DNA from: Chloroflexota bacterium
Lineage (GTDB): Bacteria; Chloroflexota; Dehalococcoidia; Dehalococcoidales; UBA5760
Direction of reading: 5' to 3'
Assembly (NCBI GenBank): GCA_015222205.1
Contig: JADFUW010000002.1
Span: 1,303-65,302, forward strand
DNA length: 64,000 nucleotides
Shown here: positions 8,595 to 18,819 of the stretch, in pieces
Numbering within the stretch: position 1 is the first letter of the stretch
Layout of the letters: each line of letters begins with the position of its first letter
Notes under the pieces: model-generated
The model's input: only the letters and a program-made list of their open reading frames with translations
Told to the model about the DNA's origin: nothing
Databases searched by the model: none
Made by a program: the position numbers and the translations under genes

Positions 8595-9158
8595 TTAAAA
8601 GTGGGGTTTGCAGAGAATCTCCTTGACCTTGAGGTCAAAGAAGTTACGGGTGTTTACCGGGCTGAGCACCAGTGCCGTATCAGCGCCGTGGCCGGTACCG
8701 GCTACGGAGATAATATCCTCGTCGGTGCGTACCAGTCCACTGTCGGCTGCCATCAGGGTTATCTCACAGGCGGCTTTTATCCCCTGACCAAAAATACGCA
8801 GCGTATCGGCGATTATCATGCCGAGGACATAGGTGTTATATTTGGTGCGCATAGCAGCACTCAGCCCGCTGAAGGCATGTGCCGTGGTTAATATTATGCC
8901 CCCCTTGTTTTCCACTATGTGCCGGTTCTCCTCCGTGAATTCTTGAATGTTGGGTCCACGCATGCCGGTAACATGGCTGACCACAATAACCCTTAGTCCT
9001 TGAAAAGCATCCATAGCCTTGACGGCAGTATCACCGGTTGTGGAGGCTACTAATATCTTCTTGATACCGAGTTCTCGTGCCCGCTCTCTGGTGATGCTGA
9101 GGGCTGTCTCGGTGGTCTCAGCGCCGGGATGCTCAAAATAGACTGTCTTTAATTCCAC
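8595..9158 (-). CDS. pyruvate kinase alpha/beta (C-terminal) domain-like protein
   Basis: 187 aa. YFEHPGAETTE..ILVASTTGDTA..FGQGIKAACEITLMAADSGL..ILCKP matches the stand-alone pyruvate-kinase C-terminal-domain-like family as I recall it. Confidence 0.7.
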   Translation of the reverse strand: MELKTVYFEHPGAETTETALSITRERARELGIKKILVASTTGDTAVKAMDAFQGLRVIVVSHVTGMRGPNIQEFTEENRHIVENKGGIILTTAHAFSGLSAAMRTKYNTYVLGMIIADTLRIFGQGIKAACEITLMAADSGLVRTDEDIISVAGTGHGADTALVLSPVNTRNFFDLKVKEILCKPHF

Positions 9159-9204
9159 TTTCGGTTCAAACCTCTCCCTTGATGTGTTGATTACTTATTT
9201 ACCT

Positions 9205-9228
9205 ATTCTACTACTAATTCTACTACTA
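9205..9228 (+). repeat. perfect 12-bp tandem direct repeat (ATTCTACTACTA x2) in the arg operon control region
   Basis: Read directly at 9205-9216 and 9217-9228, in the divergent intergenic region upstream of argJ. Confidence 0.9.
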
Positions 9229-9291
9229 AAGGTTAATCTTTGCCATAAAAACTCATTGCCTAGCTATAGCGACTATGTTATATTTTATTCA

Positions 9292-10509
9292 GTGGAAGGT
9301 GAGATTTCTTTTGTTGCCTCGGGTACGGTTACTTCCCCGAGAGGGTTTCGGGCGGGGGCGACGTATGCTGGGGTAAAGAAAAAGGGGAAGGGTGTCCTTG
9401 ACCTTGGCATCCTCCTGTCTGAAGTGCCCTGTGTGACGGAGGGCTTATTTACTGCTAATCGGATTAAGGCAGCCCCGGTAATCCTGTCGCAGCAACGTTT
9501 ACCGTCGGGGGAGGTGAGGGCAGTGGTGGTAAATAGCGGTTGTGCCAATGCTGTTGTTGGTGAGACGGGGCTTAAGGATGCTGCCAGGATGGCAGCTCTA
9601 GCCGCCCAGAATATAGGGGTATCGCCGGGGGCTGTTTTAGTGGCTAGTACCGGGGTGATTGGGAGGCGGCTACCGATGGAGCTTATAGAGACGGGCATAA
9701 GGCAGGCTACTGTTTCTAGGGATGGTGGTCATAAGCTGGCGAGGGCAATAATGACTACTGATACTGTTCCTAAAGAGGCGGCGGTAGCGGTCAGCGTTGA
9801 TAGGGGTGAGTTTATTATCGGTGGGATAGCTAAAGGCTCGGGGATGATTCACCCCAATCTGGCCACTTTCCTTTGTTTTCTGACCACTGATGCCGCCGTG
9901 GGGCAGGATTTTCTCAGGCTATCGCTAAAAAAGGCGGTGGATGTTTCTTTTAACATGGTTTCTATTGATGGTGATACCAGCCCCAATGATACGGTGCTGG
10001 TAATGGCTAACGGGCTGGCGGGTGGTAAGCCTGTTTTACCAGGGAGCAGGCGGGCTGGGGCTTTTCAGCAAGCCCTTAACCAGCTCTGTATCTACTTGGC
10101 TAAGGATATTGCCCGCGATGGCGAGGGGGCGAGTAGGCTTATTGAGGTTGCGGTTAGTGGGGCGCCCGGTATTGCTGAAGCCAGATTAGCAGCCAGGACA
10201 ATAGTAGGTTCCCCCCTGGTGAAGGCGGCAATACATGGTAGTGACCCCAATTGGGGGCGAGTTATAGCGGCGGTAGGGCGAAGTGGGGTAGAGGTGGTGG
10301 AATCTAAGATTAGCATCTATATTGGCAATATCTGTCTGGTGAAGTCTGGCTGTCCGGTGGCTTTTGATAGGGAGGGGGTGATAAGGTTATTGCGTGATAG
10401 TAAGGTGCTGATAAACCTAGAGCTTAACTTGGGCACGGCGACGGCTACTGCCTGGGGTTGTGACCTCTCGGAGGAGTATGTAACCATTAATAGTGAGTAC
10501 ACAACTTGA
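9292..10509 (+). CDS. argJ: bifunctional glutamate N-acetyltransferase / amino-acid acetyltransferase (ornithine acetyltransferase) ArgJ
   Basis: TSPRGFRAGATYAGVKK.., ATFLCFLTTDA (self-cleavage site region) and SEEYVTINSEYTT are ArgJ hallmarks. The track start 9184 adds an implausible hydrophobic leader, so GTG 9292 is proposed. The start remains uncertain. Confidence 0.9.
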   Translation: MEGEISFVASGTVTSPRGFRAGATYAGVKKKGKGVLDLGILLSEVPCVTEGLFTANRIKAAPVILSQQRLPSGEVRAVVVNSGCANAVVGETGLKDAARMAALAAQNIGVSPGAVLVASTGVIGRRLPMELIETGIRQATVSRDGGHKLARAIMTTDTVPKEAAVAVSVDRGEFIIGGIAKGSGMIHPNLATFLCFLTTDAAVGQDFLRLSLKKAVDVSFNMVSIDGDTSPNDTVLVMANGLAGGKPVLPGSRRAGAFQQALNQLCIYLAKDIARDGEGASRLIEVAVSGAPGIAEARLAARTIVGSPLVKAAIHGSDPNWGRVIAAVGRSGVEVVESKISIYIGNICLVKSGCPVAFDREGVIRLLRDSKVLINLELNLGTATATAWGCDLSEEYVTINSEYTT

Positions 10510-10530
10510 TGGTTTTCAAGGGGGTAGGGA

Positions 10531-11316
10531 TTGAATAGGGTTACTATAGTGAAGCTTGGTGGGGCTACTTTAGGTGGTCATGATACGGCTATTGAGGATA
10601 TGGTCAAGCTTCAGCAGCGAGGCATACCGCTGGTTATAGTCCATGGTGGGGCTAAAGTAGTAACCGAGTGGCTGTCGCGTCAGGGGATTGCTACCAGGTT
10701 TGTCCGTGGTGAGAGGGTGACTGACGAGGCAGCGCTTGAGATGGTAACCGCGGTGCTTGGTGGCTTGGTTAATAAGGGGATTGTGGCGGCTATCAATAAC
10801 TTGGGGGGGCGGGCAGTGGGTATTACCGGTATTGACGGAGCCATGATTCAGGGTAAAATTAGGGATGGAGAGATGGGCTATGTCGCCAGCATAGTTAAAA
10901 TAGATACGGCTCTCCTGGAGGCTTTGTTACGGTCAGGCTACATTCCGGTGGTGGCTCCATTAAGTATGTATTCATTTGAGAGACCAGACGGCGCCCCATT
11001 AGTGCTTAATGTTAACGGTGATACTGTGGCGGGTGAAATTGCGGTGGCTATGGGTGCAGAGAGGCTCATCTTTTTAACTGATGTTGCTGGCATCTGTGAC
11101 CGAGCAGGCAAGCTGCTGCCTTACTTATCGTCCCGTGAGGCTGAAGCGTTAGTAGCTTCAGGCACAGCTTCAGGGGGAATGATTCCTAAGGTTAAAGCTT
11201 GTCTGAGGGCTTTAACTAATGCTTCGGTTACATGCATTATAAATGGGAAACAGCCACACGCATTGCTTAGGGAGGTTGAGGAGGGTGATGTAGGCACAAC
11301 AATACAGCGTAAATAA
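10531..11316 (+). CDS. argB: acetylglutamate kinase
   Basis: 261 aa. IVKLGG...VIVHGGA...NVNGDTVAGEIA is the amino-acid kinase family ArgB pattern. TTG start after AAGGGGG. Confidence 0.93.
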   Translation: MNRVTIVKLGGATLGGHDTAIEDMVKLQQRGIPLVIVHGGAKVVTEWLSRQGIATRFVRGERVTDEAALEMVTAVLGGLVNKGIVAAINNLGGRAVGITGIDGAMIQGKIRDGEMGYVASIVKIDTALLEALLRSGYIPVVAPLSMYSFERPDGAPLVLNVNGDTVAGEIAVAMGAERLIFLTDVAGICDRAGKLLPYLSSREAEALVASGTASGGMIPKVKACLRALTNASVTCIINGKQPHALLREVEEGDVGTTIQRK

Positions 11317-11360
11317 GTGGGGGTGATGGGTTACTAAATAATCTTATGATAGAGGTGAAA

Positions 11361-12548
11361 ATGAGTCACTGGCAGGAGCTTGAGCACAGGTATTTTATGC
11401 CGACCGTGGAGCGTACCCCCGTTACCCTGGTTAGGGGGCAGGGGGTACGGGTGTGGGATGATGCTGGCCGGGAGTACCTGGATTTTGTTGGTGGCTGGGC
11501 GGTTGATAGTCTGGGGCACTGTCATCCGGTGGTAGCTCAGGCGGTGATAGAGCAGGTGCAGACACTTATTCACACCTCAAACCAGTTCTATACTATCCCC
11601 CAGATTCGCCTGGCTGAGCTTTTGGTCAAGAATAGCTGTTTAGACAAGGTCTTTTTCGGTAATAGTGGCACCGAGGCTAACGAGGGAGCGGTAAAACTGG
11701 CTCGTCGCTATGGGAAACGCTATCTGGATGGAGCCTACGAGGTTGTTACCGCTTATGCATCTTTTCATGGTCGCACTCTGGCTATGGTGGCGGCTAGTGG
11801 ACAGGCTAAGTTTCAGGAGCCATATATCCCCCTGCCGGTGGGATTTATCAATGTGGAGTATAATAATGTTGAGGCAATAAAGGCAGCCACCACCAGCCAG
11901 ACCTGTGCCGTGATGTTAGAACCGTTGCAGGGGGAGGGTGGGGTTAATGTGCCTAGCAAGGGTTATTTAGCAGCAGTGCGGGACTGGTGCGAGCAGGCGG
12001 GCATACTGTTTATTCTAGATGAAATTCAGACGGGGTTGGGACGGACAGGAACACTTTTTGCCTATGAACAGTACGGTGTTGAACCTGATATAATGACACT
12101 AGCTAAAGGTTTAGCCAGTGGCTTACCCATTGGGACTCTCTTGGCTAAGGATAGAGCCTCGGTATTTACCCCCGGGGAGCATGGCTCTACCTTTGGTGGT
12201 AATCCGGTGGCTTGTGCGGCTGGTTATGCCACGCTAAAGTTCATTATTGAAAATGACATTGCTGGGAATGCCCGTAGGGTGGGAGAGCATCTGCTTTCTG
12301 GACTGGGGAAATTGAAAGAGAAGTTCAGTTTCATTACTGACGTGCGGGGGCGCGGATTACTAGCGGCTATGGAGTTTAGTAGTGAGATTGCCCAGTCGGT
12401 GGTAACAGCCTGTCTTGATAGGGGCTTATTGGTTAACAAGCTTAAGCCCAATGCCCTACGTTTTATGCCACCCCTGGTTGTTAGTAGCCGGGAGGTTGAT
12501 GAGGCCATAGGTATTTTGGATAAAGCATTATCAAGCGTCAGTAGCTAA
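11361..12548 (+). CDS. argD: acetylornithine aminotransferase
   Basis: Class III aminotransferase motifs (GNSGTEANEGA, LDEIQTGLGRTG, TFGGNP) in an arg operon context. ATG 11361 has SD GAGGTGA. The track start is 11346. Confidence 0.93.
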   Translation: MSHWQELEHRYFMPTVERTPVTLVRGQGVRVWDDAGREYLDFVGGWAVDSLGHCHPVVAQAVIEQVQTLIHTSNQFYTIPQIRLAELLVKNSCLDKVFFGNSGTEANEGAVKLARRYGKRYLDGAYEVVTAYASFHGRTLAMVAASGQAKFQEPYIPLPVGFINVEYNNVEAIKAATTSQTCAVMLEPLQGEGGVNVPSKGYLAAVRDWCEQAGILFILDEIQTGLGRTGTLFAYEQYGVEPDIMTLAKGLASGLPIGTLLAKDRASVFTPGEHGSTFGGNPVACAAGYATLKFIIENDIAGNARRVGEHLLSGLGKLKEKFSFITDVRGRGLLAAMEFSSEIAQSVVTACLDRGLLVNKLKPNALRFMPPLVVSSREVDEAIGILDKALSSVSS

Positions 12549-12563
12549 TGTGAGAACCTGCGT

Positions 12564-13430
12564 ATGAAATTTAGTGAATTAGAGAATCTAATGGAATACG
12601 GATATGAGAGGTATATCACGGTAGGCGGGATGAATATTCGCTATGCAGTGAGGGGGGCTGGCCCTCCCCTTCTATTGCTTCATGGCTTCTGTGAGTTTCT
12701 AGAGACCTGGGATTTTAATCTTCGTCCCTTGAGTGAGTGCTACCGGGTGTACGCTATGGATTTACCTGGGCATGGCTTATCGGATAAACCTTATCGCGAT
12801 TACAATATTTCCTTTTTTACTGACTTTACTATTGGCTTTATGCAGGCGTTAGAAATTGACCGGGCTGATATAGTAGGGCATTCTTTTGGTGGTGCTATAG
12901 GCATAGGTGTTGCCACGAGCTTTCCGGAGAAGGTTAATAAGCTTGTCTTGGAATCTAGTTTTGGTTTGAGTAACGATGTATCCCTGCTTCATAGGCTGTG
13001 TAGTATTCCGGTTTTGGCTGATGTTGGTAAAGGAGAGGGGGTAGCGGTAAAGAGTGCTTTGGAGCAGAGAATAGAGCTGGAGTTCTATCGGCCAGACTTT
13101 GTTGCCCGGGAGATGATTGGACGAAGTTACCAGTTTATGCAAATGCCAGAAGCGAGGCGAGTGATGTTGAACATTATGCATAATTGGGTGGGCGTTAATG
13201 GTTTGAAGCCAGAGGCAGTTATGGTGGACAGGTTACACCTGATTAAATCACCTACTCTGCTCATCCACGGTGAGCAGGATAGCATCCACCCGCTGGTGCT
13301 CTCCCAGGATGCATGTCGCCTTGTTCCGAATGGTATGTTAAAGGTATTTGGCGAGTGTGGCCATTGTCCTCATATAGAAAGGGCGGCTGAGTTCAATGAG
13401 ACGGTCTTAGAATTTCTGGGGGCTAATTGA
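12564..13430 (+). CDS. alpha/beta-fold hydrolase
   Basis: 288 aa. LLLLHGF, nucleophile elbow GHSFGG and C-terminal GHCPHIE are typical alpha/beta hydrolase features. Embedded between argD and argG. Confidence 0.85.
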   Translation: MKFSELENLMEYGYERYITVGGMNIRYAVRGAGPPLLLLHGFCEFLETWDFNLRPLSECYRVYAMDLPGHGLSDKPYRDYNISFFTDFTIGFMQALEIDRADIVGHSFGGAIGIGVATSFPEKVNKLVLESSFGLSNDVSLLHRLCSIPVLADVGKGEGVAVKSALEQRIELEFYRPDFVAREMIGRSYQFMQMPEARRVMLNIMHNWVGVNGLKPEAVMVDRLHLIKSPTLLIHGEQDSIHPLVLSQDACRLVPNGMLKVFGECGHCPHIERAAEFNETVLEFLGAN

Positions 13431-13457
13431 GACTATTTATAGCGACGGAGGTTTACT

Positions 13458-14672
13458 ATGTCAGACAAAGTGGTATTGGCTTACAGCGGGGGGTTGGACA
13501 CATCAGTAGCTGTCAGATGGCTTAAAGAGAAGTATGACCTGGATGTCATCGCTGTTTGCGTTGATGTGGGAAATGAGCGAGACTTTTCGGTAGTTCAGCA
13601 AAAAGCACTGGATGTCGGCGCTATAAAGTCATTGGTGATAGATGCCAAGGATTCTTATGTTAGTGACTATGTTTTTCCTGCCTTGCAGGCAGATGCCATT
13701 TACGAAGGGGAGTATCCCCTGGCTACGGCTTTAGCTCGTCCCTTAATGGCCAGGTTGCTGGTGAATATAGCTCGGCAGGAGGGGGCTTCAGCAGTAGCTC
13801 ATGGCTGTACTGGCAAGGGTAATGACCAGGTGAGGTTTGATGTCAGCTTTAATGCTCTGGCGCCAGACCTGGGGGTCATTACCCCAGCTCGGGAGTGGGG
13901 GATGACGCGCCAGGAGACTATTAAGTATGCTGAGCGCTATGGTATTCCGTTACCGGTTACCGTGGCTAGTCCCTATTCTATTGATGAGGCCCTCTGGGGT
14001 AGGGCTATTGAGTGTGGTGTTCTTGAAGACCCCTGGGTTGAACCCCCGGAGGAAGTATTTACCTGGACAAAGTCGCCCAGTGAGGCACCCAGCGAGCCGG
14101 GCTATGTGGAGATTAGCTTTGAGAAGGGTATTCCGGTTACTATTGACGGGCAGAGATTAGCTGGCGTCGGTCTCATTCAGCGGCTGAATGAGCTGGCCGG
14201 AGAGCATGGAGTGGGTCGGATTGACCACATAGAGAATCGGCTGGTAGGCATCAAATCAAGGGAGGTTTATGAAGCCCCGGCGGCGGTAGTCTTACTTCAG
14301 GCGCACCTGGACTTAGAGCTACTGACCTTATCCAGAGACCAGCTGCGTTTTAAGCAGAGGGTAGCTCAGGTATATGCCGACCTTATTTATAATGGCTTGT
14401 GGTTTAGCGCCCTCCGCCAGGACTTGGCTGCCTATGTCCGGTCTTCACAGCGTTTCGTTACCGGGACCGTGCGCTTAAAGCTGTTTAGGGGAAGCTCAAT
14501 TGTGGTCGGGCGAAAATCACCATTTTCACTATATAAGTATGGTCTGGCTACCTATGATAAGGGCGACGAGTTTGACCAGAGTGCCTCTACTGGGTTTATC
14601 CATCTCTGGGGATTACCGGTTAGAACTCAGGCGCAGGCGCAGCCAATAATAGATAAAGCTGAGGGTTCTTAG
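13458..14672 (+). CDS. argG: argininosuccinate synthase
   Basis: VVLAYSGGLDTS, AHGCTGKGNDQVRF and GRIDHIENRLVGIKSRE are canonical ArgG motifs. Confidence 0.97.
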   Translation: MSDKVVLAYSGGLDTSVAVRWLKEKYDLDVIAVCVDVGNERDFSVVQQKALDVGAIKSLVIDAKDSYVSDYVFPALQADAIYEGEYPLATALARPLMARLLVNIARQEGASAVAHGCTGKGNDQVRFDVSFNALAPDLGVITPAREWGMTRQETIKYAERYGIPLPVTVASPYSIDEALWGRAIECGVLEDPWVEPPEEVFTWTKSPSEAPSEPGYVEISFEKGIPVTIDGQRLAGVGLIQRLNELAGEHGVGRIDHIENRLVGIKSREVYEAPAAVVLLQAHLDLELLTLSRDQLRFKQRVAQVYADLIYNGLWFSALRQDLAAYVRSSQRFVTGTVRLKLFRGSSIVVGRKSPFSLYKYGLATYDKGDEFDQSASTGFIHLWGLPVRTQAQAQPIIDKAEGS

Positions 14673-14703
14673 ACATTATAGAGCTAAAGGGGGAGAGCTT
14701 AAC

Positions 14704-16083
14704 ATGAGTCTTATCAGGGGTCGTTTTTCTAAGGCGGCGGATAAATTGGTAACCGAGTATACTGCCTCTATCCCCTTTGACTTCAGGTTATATTCTCAGG
14801 ATATTACCGGTAGTATTGCCCACGCCAGGATGCTGGCCAGGCAGGGTATAATCTCAGAAAAAGAGGCTGGGGTTATCACTAGTGGGCTGGAGTCTATCCG
14901 GGAGGAGATAGAGCAGGGTAAATTCCAGTTCAAGACCGAGCTGGAAGACATCCATATGAATATTGAAGCCCGGCTTACGGAGAAGGTAGGTGAAGTAGGC
15001 CGAAAGCTCCACACGGCTCGGTCAAGGAATGACCAGGTAGCCCTGGATTTACGCCTCTTTGCCAAGGAGGCAATCTCTGACACTTTGCTTGGTTTGAAAA
15101 ATCTCCAGCGGGTGCTGGTTAGCCTGGCTGAGGCTAACAAGGGCGTGGTTATGCCGGGATATACCCATTTGCAGCCAGCTCAGCCGGTGCTGCTGGCTCA
15201 TCATCTTTTGGCCTACTTTGAGATGCTGAAGCGGGATGCTATCCGATTTAGCGGTTGTCTGGAGCGGGCTGATGTCATGCCCCTGGGCAGTGGTGCCCTG
15301 GCTGGCGTTGCCTATAATGTTGACCGGGAATTCCTGGCCCGTGAGCTGGGCTTTAGCCAGCTCAGCCAGAATAGTATTGATGCTGTCTCGGATAGGGATT
15401 TTGTGCTGGAGTATGAAGCGGCGGCTAGCCTGTGTATGATGCACCTTTCCCGATTGGCGGAAGAGATTATTCTGTGGTCTTCTGAGGAGTTTGGCTTTGT
15501 TGAGCTTGACGAGGCTTATACCACCGGCTCAAGCATAATGCCGCAGAAGAAGAACCCCGATGTTGCCGAACTGGCACGGGGTAAGGCGGGGCGGGTCTAT
15601 GGCCGACTTATGGCACTACTCACTACCATGAAAGCCCTTCCCCTTGCCTATAATAGGGACCTGCAGGAGGATAAAGAGGGCTTCTTTGATACTGTAGATA
15701 CCATACTGGCGACATTAGCGGTGTTTGCTGGTATGCTTAAGACCCTTAAGGTTAAGGCAGAGAATACTGAGCTAGCGGTGAAGCGGGGTTATATTCTGGC
15801 TACCGACCTGGCTGACTATCTGGTTAGGAGGGGTGAAGCATTCCGTACGGCTCATGATATAGTAGCCAGATTAGTAAGCTACGCTATGGGAAAGGGTAGA
15901 TTGTTTAGCCAGCTTAGCCTCAGTGAGTATAAAGAGTTCTCTCCTCTCTTTGAGGAGGATGTTTATGCCATTACTGTGGAGTCATCTGTGGCGGCTAGGG
16001 ATGTAATTGGCGGCACGGCACCCAAGCAGGTAGACCGGGCGCTGGCTATCGCCAAGAAGATACTGGGGGAATCTAAAACTTGA
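14704..16083 (+). CDS. argH: argininosuccinate lyase
   Basis: 459 aa. TARSRNDQV and GSSIMPQKKNPD are fumarate-lyase signatures, and the overall pattern is ArgH. Confidence 0.97.
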   Translation: MSLIRGRFSKAADKLVTEYTASIPFDFRLYSQDITGSIAHARMLARQGIISEKEAGVITSGLESIREEIEQGKFQFKTELEDIHMNIEARLTEKVGEVGRKLHTARSRNDQVALDLRLFAKEAISDTLLGLKNLQRVLVSLAEANKGVVMPGYTHLQPAQPVLLAHHLLAYFEMLKRDAIRFSGCLERADVMPLGSGALAGVAYNVDREFLARELGFSQLSQNSIDAVSDRDFVLEYEAAASLCMMHLSRLAEEIILWSSEEFGFVELDEAYTTGSSIMPQKKNPDVAELARGKAGRVYGRLMALLTTMKALPLAYNRDLQEDKEGFFDTVDTILATLAVFAGMLKTLKVKAENTELAVKRGYILATDLADYLVRRGEAFRTAHDIVARLVSYAMGKGRLFSQLSLSEYKEFSPLFEEDVYAITVESSVAARDVIGGTAPKQVDRALAIAKKILGESKT

Positions 16084-16748
16084 AAAGTCCCGGAGTGAAG
16101 CTGGCTCCGTCTATTCTCTCTGCCGATTTCGGTTGTCTTGGCGAGCAGGTGGCTGAGGCTGCTGAGGCTGGTGCTGACTATATCCATATAGATGTTATGG
16201 ATGGGCATTTCGTGCCTCAGATAACGATTGGGGCTCCGGTGGTAGCTGCTATTCGTCGTTGGACTAACCTTCCCCTGGACGTCCACCTCATGATTAGTGC
16301 TCCTGAGAATCAGGTTGAACAATTTGCTGATGCCGGGGCAGATATTATTACCGTTCATGTGGAGGCTTGCTCTCATGTTTACCGGGTCGTGCAGATGGTT
16401 AAGGGGTTGGGGGTTAAGGTTGGGGTTTCGCTTAATCCAGCCACGTCTATAAGCACGCTTACTGAAATCCTGCCTGAGCTTGATATAGCCCTGGTAATGA
16501 CGGTTAATCCTGGCTTTAGTGGGCAGGCTTTCATTGAGGGTACGCTGGATAAGATAAGCCGCTTGCGTACTGAGCTTGACCGAAGAGGGCTGGCGGCTGA
16601 GCTGGAGGTGGATGGGGGTATCAATGCTGAGACAGCTCCCAGGGTGGTAAGGGCAGGTGCCAGGGTACTGGTAGCCGGCGCAGCGGTGTTTAATCCACAG
16701 CGAACAGTGAAGGAAGCTATAGACAAGATACGAGCTAGCTTTGACTAG
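16080..16748 (+). CDS. rpe: ribulose-phosphate 3-epimerase
   Basis: KLAPSILSADF, HIDVMDGHFVP and MTVNPGFSGQ match Rpe. The start may be GTG 16095 rather than TTG 16080. Confidence 0.94.
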   Translation: MKSPGVKLAPSILSADFGCLGEQVAEAAEAGADYIHIDVMDGHFVPQITIGAPVVAAIRRWTNLPLDVHLMISAPENQVEQFADAGADIITVHVEACSHVYRVVQMVKGLGVKVGVSLNPATSISTLTEILPELDIALVMTVNPGFSGQAFIEGTLDKISRLRTELDRRGLAAELEVDGGINAETAPRVVRAGARVLVAGAAVFNPQRTVKEAIDKIRASFD

Positions 16749-16938
16749 ATAGTTGCTTTTTAGCAGCTTTATGCTGAGTGCGTAGACACCTGGTACAGAG
16801 GTTTAAGCGTTTTGGCTGGCCATCTATAGTAATAGTAACCGGGTGAATGTTAGGTACCCAACGACGGTTGGTGTGGTGTTTAGAATGGCTTACATTGTGA
16901 CCGAACTGGGGTGATTTGCCGCATAAATCACATTTCAT
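16735..16938 (-). CDS. rpmB: 50S ribosomal protein L28
   Basis: 67 aa. MKCDLCGKSPQFGHNVSHSKHHTNRRWVPN is the L28 signature. Confidence 0.93.
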   Translation of the reverse strand: MKCDLCGKSPQFGHNVSHSKHHTNRRWVPNIHPVTITIDGQPKRLNLCTRCLRTQHKAAKKQLSSQS

Positions 16939-17187
16939 AACTAGTGTAAATACCTCTTTACTATTGGATAAATTTGGCGTAGAATTTTAATACAGTAAAT
17001 TATGCTCTCGTTATAATGCTAAAATATTAAGCGTTATAATGTTATCATAGTTGTGGCTAGCTTGGCAAGGATGGGATTAGGTGTTGGTAGGATTTTGCCG
17101 GGTAGGGCCAGTAATATAATTAGCCTTCCTCTTGACAAAGAGGAAGTAGGGGGAAAAATAAAAAATCTTAAGTAAGGAGAGCATAAC

Positions 17188-18819
17188 GTGAAGCACGTTG
17201 ATTCTCTTAGTGGGCAAGAGTTGAGGGATATGTTTGTAGCGGCTACTCACTGGCTGGAGAAGAATGCTTCGGATATTGATGCTTTGAATGTTTTCCCGGT
17301 GCCGGATGGAGATACCGGGACTAATATGTTGCTTACTATGCGTTCCACCATTGAGGAAGCCTACCGGGCTCCTGACCACAGCACTGCGGCGGTGGCTGGA
17401 GCTATGGCCAAAGGGGCTCTGATGGGGGCTCGGGGTAATAGTGGAGTAATTCTGTCACAGATTTGGCATGGACTGGCGCAGGGTTTGGGGGGGAAGGAGT
17501 CATTTGCCGGTAAAGACTTGGCTGATGCCTTACTGATGGCATCGGTAGCGGCTTATAACGGGATAGATAATCCGGTAGAGGGGACTATTCTTACCGTGGC
17601 GAAAGAAGTAGCGTCGGCGGCTAAGGCTCAGGTTGATAGTAGTAATGATGACCTAATATCAATTATGGAGGCGGTAGTTAGTGCTGCCCGAGAGTCAGTG
17701 GCTAATACTCCCAATCTTCTTTCTGTATTGAAGGAAGCCGGGGTGGTGGATGCTGGGGGGCAGGGTCTATACACGATTTTGGAGGGTATCCTGCATTACC
17801 TTAGGGATGAGGTAGAGGAGTTTCAGTCGAGCAAGCCGGGAATAGTCATTGGCAATATGCCTCTAGTGAATAGGACTCCACAAATGATGGTTGCGGATGA
17901 AGTACCGTATGGATATTGTACTGAGTTTCTGATTAAGGGGCAGGGGCTTGACCCGGATAGGCTTAGGACCAGACTGAAGAGGCAGGGGGAGTCTCTAATT
18001 GTAGTTGGGGATAGCTCTGCCGTTAGGGTTCACATTCATACTTTAGACCCGGGTAATGCTGTTCATCTAGCTACTGCTTTAGGCACGGTACATCAGGTCA
18101 GTATTCGGAATATGGATGAACAGCACCAAGGTTTCCTGGAGATGCAGAAGGGCAAGGTGCTGGCGGCTGATATAGCTATTGTAGCTGTGGTCTCTGGGGA
18201 TGGGCTTAGTGATGTTTTTACTAGCCTGGGGGCGGTTGTTGTTCCTGGTGGTCGAACGATGAATCCGAGTACTAAAGATTTGCTCCAGACGGTAAATTCA
18301 CTGGCTTCAGATAAGGTTATTATTTTGCCCAATAACAAAAATGTAATCCCGGCGGCGAGGCAGGCCCGGTCTCTGACCCAAAAAGTCGTTAAGGTGATGG
18401 CTACGGTATCAATTCCGCAAGGGATAGCTGCCCTTTTAGCTTTTAACAGTGAAGCCGACCTGGAGACAAATGTTCAGGTAATGAAGAAGTCACAGGTAGC
18501 AGTAAAGTCTATTGCTGTTACCCGGGCGGCTCGCTTTTCCCGGATAGGTGGTTTGAGTATTAAGCGGAAGCAGCCTATTGGATTTCTGGACGGGGAGTTG
18601 GTTGTTGCCGGTGATGATATCGTTGATACTTTGGGTAAGGTGTTAGCCAAGGTGGATTTGGACGCTGCCGAGGTAGTTACTATTTACTACCGGGGTGACG
18701 CCGAGCGAACTGAGGTGGAACCGTTTATCATTAGTCTTCGTGAGCAGCATCCCGAATTGCAGATTGAGCTAGTTAGGGGTGGGCAACCTCACTATGACTA
18801 TATTGTTTCTGTAGAATAG
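17188..18819 (+). CDS. DAK2 domain-containing protein (YloV-like)
   Basis: 543 aa. The N-terminal DAK2 pattern (LNVFPVPDGDTGTNM..RGNSGVILSQ) and its position directly upstream of recG match Firmicutes-type yloV-recG synteny. Confidence 0.88.
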   Translation: MKHVDSLSGQELRDMFVAATHWLEKNASDIDALNVFPVPDGDTGTNMLLTMRSTIEEAYRAPDHSTAAVAGAMAKGALMGARGNSGVILSQIWHGLAQGLGGKESFAGKDLADALLMASVAAYNGIDNPVEGTILTVAKEVASAAKAQVDSSNDDLISIMEAVVSAARESVANTPNLLSVLKEAGVVDAGGQGLYTILEGILHYLRDEVEEFQSSKPGIVIGNMPLVNRTPQMMVADEVPYGYCTEFLIKGQGLDPDRLRTRLKRQGESLIVVGDSSAVRVHIHTLDPGNAVHLATALGTVHQVSIRNMDEQHQGFLEMQKGKVLAADIAIVAVVSGDGLSDVFTSLGAVVVPGGRTMNPSTKDLLQTVNSLASDKVIILPNNKNVIPAARQARSLTQKVVKVMATVSIPQGIAALLAFNSEADLETNVQVMKKSQVAVKSIAVTRAARFSRIGGLSIKRKQPIGFLDGELVVAGDDIVDTLGKVLAKVDLDAAEVVTIYYRGDAERTEVEPFIISLREQHPELQIELVRGGQPHYDYIVSVE

